A stretch of DNA of 64,000 nucleotides from an uncultured Actinomycetota bacterium (GTDB lineage: Bacteria; Actinomycetota; Actinomycetes; Propionibacteriales; Nocardioidaceae): contig CAWCGS010000008.1 in assembly GCA_963795135.1 (NCBI GenBank), positions 257,794 to 321,793 of the forward strand, in the 5' to 3' direction. A program made the translations under genes and the position numbers. Each line of letters begins with the position of its first letter. Position 1 is the first letter of the stretch. Shown here piece by piece: positions 59,287 through 64,000 of the stretch. Below the pieces are notes generated by a model. It was not told where the DNA came from. It made no database searches and saw nothing but the letters and a program-made list of their open reading frames with translations.

Positions 59287-60241
59287 GTGCTGGTCGGCCT
59301 GGTGCTGCTCGCAGCTGGGATCCGGGTCCTGGAGAGCGACCCCACGACCGGGTCGGGGCTCCCGGCGGCGACGGAGCCCGCTCCCGCGGCCCGGGGGGCG
59401 GCGAACGCCGAGCCGGCACCGTCGCAGCGAGCGCGCAGCACGGCCGACGAAGCGGGCGACCCTGCCCTCCGGCGGACGCCGGATCTTCGACGGGCGCCGC
59501 TTCCTGGTCGCCTACTACGGCACCGGCGGTACGCCGGCCCTCGGCGTCCTGGGGGAGGACCGCCCGGCCGTGATGCACTCCCGTCTGGTCGCGGCGGCGC
59601 GTCCCTTCGGCCGCCTGGGGCGGCCGGTGCAGCCGGTCTACGAGCTGATCGTCACCGTGGCCGACGCCTCGCCCGGGCCCGACGGCGACTACAGCCACGA
59701 CATCGACCGCGCGGTCGTCCAGCGCTACATCGACGCCGCCCACCGGCAGGGCGCGCTGCTGCTGCTCGACGTACAGCCGGGCCGTGCCGGCTTCCTGATG
59801 ACCGCGCGCCGCTGGGCGTGGGCGCTGCGCGACCCCTACGTCGGGCTGGCGCTGGACCCCGAGTGGCGGATGGGGCGGGGCGAGGTGCCGGGCCGCACGA
59901 TCGGGTCGGTCCACGCCGACGAGGTCAACCGCACCTCGGCCTGGCTCGCCGAGCTGGTCCGCCGCCGCGACCTCCCGGAGAAGCTCTTGGTGCTGCACCA
60001 GTTCCGCGAGGACATGATCGAGCGGATCGGCCTGGTCCACCGCCGCAACGGCCTCGCGCTGGTCCAGCACGTCGACGGCTTCGGCACCCGCGGCGAGAAG
60101 CGGGCGACGTACGCGACGGTGCAGCGGGGGCGGAAGTTCACGATGGGGCTGAAGCTCTTCTACGACGAGGACGTCCGTCGGATGGGCCCGGCCGAGGTCG
60201 GCGCGCTGCGCCCGCGGGTCCGGTTCGTCTCGTTCCAGTAG
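59287..60241 (+). CDS. Exported hypothetical protein, frameshift near 59455; start uncertain
   Basis: N-terminal TM helix, then in a second frame FLVAYYG, LLDVQPG, LALDPEW, LVLHQF, HVDGFG, KLFYDED. Confidence 0.7.
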
Positions 60242-60303
60242 CCCACCGGTCGCACCAGCCCCACCGGGCGGGCACTTCCTGAAATCGGCCGCCAGGAAGC
60301 GGC

Positions 60304-61530
60304 TCAGAAGTAGTCGCGCACGTGCAGCTGGTGACCGCCGAGCAGCGCGTCGAGGACGCGGTCGTGGTCGGCCGGCCCGGTCAGGTGGCCGAGCAGCCGC
60401 AGGTTGGCGCACGACTGCGCGCCGGACCAGGCCAGCGCGATCCCGTGCGGGCTGAACACCGGTACGTCGTCCCGGGACCCGGTCGCCTCGCACACCGCAG
60501 GCTCCGCACCGACCGTGAGCCGGTAGTCGCCGTCGAGCACGCCGAGGCGGTCGCCGGCGACCGCGAAGCCGATCGAGGCAGCGCCGCCGCCGGGCAGCGT
60601 GAGCCGGCGGGCCTCGAGGGCGCCGGGCACGTCGAGCAGCCGCAGCATGTAGGGGTGCCGCTCGGTGACGTCCCAGGTGGCGGCGGGGAGCGCCAGCCGG
60701 GCGGGGTCGAGCCCCGAGGTGGTCAGCCGGACGCGGCCGGTCACCGAGGCGAACGACCCGACCAGTCGCCACAGCGCGCGGTAGGCGTCGGTGCTCGTGG
60801 CCAGCAGGTCCTCGACCTCGAGCACCGCGGTCGGCCCGTAGCCGCTGCCGCGGCGCCACGCGGCGTACCCCACGACCTGCTCGTCGGCGCCGACGGCGAG
60901 GCTGATCGCGGTGAACGCGGCCAGCACCTCCTCGTCGGTGTCGCCGAAGCGCGGGCCGGTGCGGGTGAGCGGCCCGTTCTGCGCGGCGGCCCAGGTGGCG
61001 TAGACCTCGCGCACCGCGGGCAGGTCGGCGACCTCGGCGCGCCGGGTGCGCACCCCCACGGGCGGGGCCACCCCGGCGAGCTCCGCGGTCGGCACCTCGA
61101 CGGTGTCGAGGGAGGCGACCAGCTCGTAGCCGAACGGTCGGTAGATGCCGGGCGCGGTCGGGTAGAGCGTGGAGACCACCTCGCCACGCTCGACCGCCTC
61201 TGCGAGCGCCCGCGCCAGGACCTCCTGGAGCAGGCCCCGACCGCGGTGCTCGGCGGCGACCGCCACGGAGGCGATGCCCGAGGTCGGGACCGGCAGCCCC
61301 CCGAACCAGGAGTGGTACTCGTGGGCGGCGACCCGCGCCAGGACCCGGTCACCTGCACCCGACCCGGCACCCGCGTCCTCGACGACGCCCCACACGTGCC
61401 GCCCGGGGGTCGGCCACGGCGGAGTGGTCCAGGGTGGTGACCCGGGAGGCGGCTCGCCGAACGCCTCGATGCTCAGCGCTCGGCTCGCGGCGAGGTCGTC
61501 GCGTCCCAGCTTGCGCAGCACGTCAGCCAT
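60304..61530 (-). CDS. Eis-family GNAT acetyltransferase
   Basis: VAVAAEHRGRG, LYPTAPGIYRPFGYE, C-terminal DYF. Confidence 0.9.
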   Translation of the reverse strand: MADVLRKLGRDDLAASRALSIEAFGEPPPGSPPWTTPPWPTPGRHVWGVVEDAGAGSGAGDRVLARVAAHEYHSWFGGLPVPTSGIASVAVAAEHRGRGLLQEVLARALAEAVERGEVVSTLYPTAPGIYRPFGYELVASLDTVEVPTAELAGVAPPVGVRTRRAEVADLPAVREVYATWAAAQNGPLTRTGPRFGDTDEEVLAAFTAISLAVGADEQVVGYAAWRRGSGYGPTAVLEVEDLLATSTDAYRALWRLVGSFASVTGRVRLTTSGLDPARLALPAATWDVTERHPYMLRLLDVPGALEARRLTLPGGGAASIGFAVAGDRLGVLDGDYRLTVGAEPAVCEATGSRDDVPVFSPHGIALAWSGAQSCANLRLLGHLTGPADHDRVLDALLGGHQLHVRDYF

Positions 61531-61583
61531 GCCGGCAACCTATCGGGGCAACCGACCGACCGGCGCTGCTGTAGACAGGCACG

Positions 61584-62834
61584 GTGCACCCCGAGAACGC
61601 CGCCGACCTCGACCGCCGGGACCCGCTGGCGGCCCACCGCGCGACCTTCGTCGGCGCCGACACCGAGCTGGTCTACTTCGACGGCAACTCCCTGGGGCGA
61701 CCGCTCGCCGTCACCGCGGAGCGGCTGACGTCCTTCGTCGAGCAGGAGTGGGGCGGCCGGCTGATCCGGGGCTGGGACGAGTCGTGGTTCGACCTGCCGC
61801 TACGGGTCGGTGACGACCTGGGTCGGGTGCTGCTGGGCGCGGCGCCGGGCCAGACCGCGGTCGGCGACTCGACCACGGTGCTGCTCTACAAGCTGATGCG
61901 GGCCGCGGTCGCTGCCCGCCCGGGCCGCACGGAGATCGTGGTCGACCGCGACAACTTCCCGACCGACCGGTACGTCGCCGAGGGGGTCGCGCGCGAGTGC
62001 GGGCTCGAGGTGCGCTGGGTCGACGTCGACCCGGCGGCGGGGCTCACGCCCGACCTGGTCGCCGCCGCCGTGGGGCCCCGCACGGCGCTCGTGGTGGCCA
62101 GCCACGTGGCCTACCGCTCCGCCTGGATCGCGGACGCCGCCGAGATCACCCGCGTCGCCCACGACGCCGGGGCCCTGGTGCTCTGGGACCTCTCCCACTC
62201 GGTGGGCTCGGTGCCGGTCGACCTGGACGCCTGGCAGGCCGACCTGGCCGTGGGCTGCAGCTACAAGTACCTCAACGGCGGTCCCGGCGCGCCGGCCTTC
62301 GGCTACGTCGCGCAGCGCCTGCTCGCCGACCTCGACCAGCCGGTGCAGGGCTGGATGGGCCACCGCGACCCGTTCCGGATGGGTCCGGGCTACACCCCGG
62401 CCGACGGGATCCGTCGGCTGCTCAGCGGCACGCCGCCGATCGTGGCGATGCAGCCGCTGCGCGACATGCTCGGGCTGCTCGAGCAGGTCGGGATCCAGGC
62501 GGTGCGCGCGAAGTCGCAGGCCCTGACGACGTACGCCGTCGACCTGGCCGACGAGGTGCTGGCGCCGCTCGGCGTGGGGCTGGCCTCACCGCGCGACCCC
62601 GAGCGGCGTGGCGGCCACGTCACGCTGACCCACCCCGCGATGCGGGAGGTCAACGCGCGACTGTGGCGGCGCGACGTGATCCCGGACTACCGCGACCCCG
62701 AGGGCCTGCGGCTGGGGCTCTCACCGCTCTCGACGTCGTACGTCGAGGTGGCCACCGGCATCGAGGCGATCCGCACGACGCTCGTGGCGGTGGGGGCCGG
62801 TGACGGGCAGCCTGGTCGCCCGGCGGGCGTCTGA
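61584..62834 (+). CDS. kynU: Kynureninase (PLP-dependent)
   Basis: YFDGNSLG, NFPTD, WDLSHSVG, GCSYKYLNGGPG, RRGGHV. Confidence 0.92.
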   Translation: MHPENAADLDRRDPLAAHRATFVGADTELVYFDGNSLGRPLAVTAERLTSFVEQEWGGRLIRGWDESWFDLPLRVGDDLGRVLLGAAPGQTAVGDSTTVLLYKLMRAAVAARPGRTEIVVDRDNFPTDRYVAEGVARECGLEVRWVDVDPAAGLTPDLVAAAVGPRTALVVASHVAYRSAWIADAAEITRVAHDAGALVLWDLSHSVGSVPVDLDAWQADLAVGCSYKYLNGGPGAPAFGYVAQRLLADLDQPVQGWMGHRDPFRMGPGYTPADGIRRLLSGTPPIVAMQPLRDMLGLLEQVGIQAVRAKSQALTTYAVDLADEVLAPLGVGLASPRDPERRGGHVTLTHPAMREVNARLWRRDVIPDYRDPEGLRLGLSPLSTSYVEVATGIEAIRTTLVAVGAGDGQPGRPAGV

Positions 62835-62846
62835 CGACGACCCGGG

Positions 62847-64000
62847 TCAGCGACCGCGGCGGCGGCGATCGGTGCGCTCGCGCAGCGGACCGACCAGGCG
62901 CGGGCCGGACAGCCGGTTCTCCAGGCGCCGGGCCTCGCGCTTGAGCGGCTGCGCGAGGTACTCACCGAGGATCACGCCGGCGGCCAGCGCGAGCGCCGCC
63001 GACCCGGCGGTCACCAGCGCGAGCACGCCCCGGGTCTCGCCCCCGGTCTCGGCGAGCAGCGAGAGCCCGCGATAGATCGAGAGCCCCGGCAGCAGCGGCA
63101 CGATCGCGGAGACGACCACCACCAGGGGCGGCACCCGCACCCGGCCCGCGACGCCGAAGCTGACCAGACCGATCCCGAGCGCGGCCACCCCCACCGACCA
63201 GGCCCGCCCGAAGCCGGTGAGGTCGATGCTCTCGGCCGTCAGGGCCGCCACGGCGGCGATCAGGCCGATGGCGGGCACGACCCGCCACGGGGCGTACGAC
63301 GCCACGGCGAAGGCCGCCGCCGCGATCCCGGCCCCCAGGGCCATCAGCGTCAGGGTGTCGAGCGCCACGGTGCGGCCGGGCACGATCCGGCCCACGCCGA
63401 TGCCGGCGATGTTGGCGACCGCGAGACCGCCCGAGACCCCGGCGATGATGCCGGCGGTGGCGAGCAGGGCCTCGATCATCCGGGCCGAGGAGGTGACGTA
63501 GAAGCCGGAGAGGGCGTCCTGCAGCGCGCCCATCAGGCCGATCCCCGACAGCAGCATGATGATGTTGGCGGTGACCACGAGCGACGGGTCGTCGGCCAGA
63601 CCGAGCGCGGTGGCCAGCACCGCGAGCAGCGTGGCCACACCCCCGCCGGCGACCTGCTGGTAGAACGCCGGCAGCCGGCGGCGCGACATCGTCAGCTGCA
63701 GCCGGTCGATCGTCATCGCGGCCACGGAGGCGATCAGGGCCACCGCGGCCGTGCCGCCGAGCATCATCCCGATCCCCGCGCACATGACGCCCCACGCGAG
63801 CGTGACCGCCCACCGCGGCGTGTGGTGGCCCGAGGAGGCGATGCGGGCCGCCTCGCTGCGGGCCTCGGCCAGGGTGACCCGGTCGGCGAGCAGGTCGCGC
63901 ACCAGGTGGTCGACGCGGGTGAGGTCCTCGTAGTCGATGTCGCGCTGCTTGACCTGGCGCAGGATCACGACCGGGTGGTCCTCGGGCGCGGCCTGGTAGC
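62847..64000 (-). CDS. ThrE-family threonine/serine exporter, 5' end outside the window
   Basis: IDYEDL, LQDALSGFYVT, VPLLPGLSIYRG; many TM helices. Confidence 0.88.
   Translation of the reverse strand, partial: YQAAPEDHPVVILRQVKQRDIDYEDLTRVDHLVRDLLADRVTLAEARSEAARIASSGHHTPRWAVTLAWGVMCAGIGMMLGGTAAVALIASVAAMTIDRLQLTMSRRRLPAFYQQVAGGGVATLLAVLATALGLADDPSLVVTANIIMLLSGIGLMGALQDALSGFYVTSSARMIEALLATAGIIAGVSGGLAVANIAGIGVGRIVPGRTVALDTLTLMALGAGIAAAAFAVASYAPWRVVPAIGLIAAVAALTAESIDLTGFGRAWSVGVAALGIGLVSFGVAGRVRVPPLVVVVSAIVPLLPGLSIYRGLSLLAETGGETRGVLALVTAGSAALALAAGVILGEYLAQPLKREARRLENRLSGPRLVGPLRERTDRRRRGR

Overview
Very GC-rich actinobacterial chromosome segment; gene content and repeat style suggest Nocardioides or a relative (inference). 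It is mostly housekeeping and metabolic genes: hemG/hemQ, msrB, a DesA3-type desaturase with its reductase, TctCBA with a CitAB-type two-component system, moeZ, tpx, gatCAB, ilvD and kynU. Three features stand out. (1) A dispersed REP-like repeat family with shared termini GGTYGAG...CGARACC forms a mosaic array directly upstream of a DUF222-like HNH endonuclease gene, which has a PafBC-like promoter and is followed by a 41-bp-period palindromic mini-array and a perfect 23-bp hairpin. The same repeats also sit in frame inside hemG and the end of gatA. (2) A divergent cluster combines a UraA-type permease, a CoxMSL/G molybdenum hydroxylase, an amidase and AllFGH-like genes (FdrA/DUF1116/DUF2877), suggesting an uncharacterised oxidative pyrimidine route. 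(3) A cobalamin riboswitch precedes an ECF transporter with two exported accessory proteins that resemble a split transcobalamin. Six frameshifts in five otherwise intact genes are probably assembly indels. No tRNA, rRNA, cas or IS transposase genes were recognised. All family calls come from motif recognition, not database searches.
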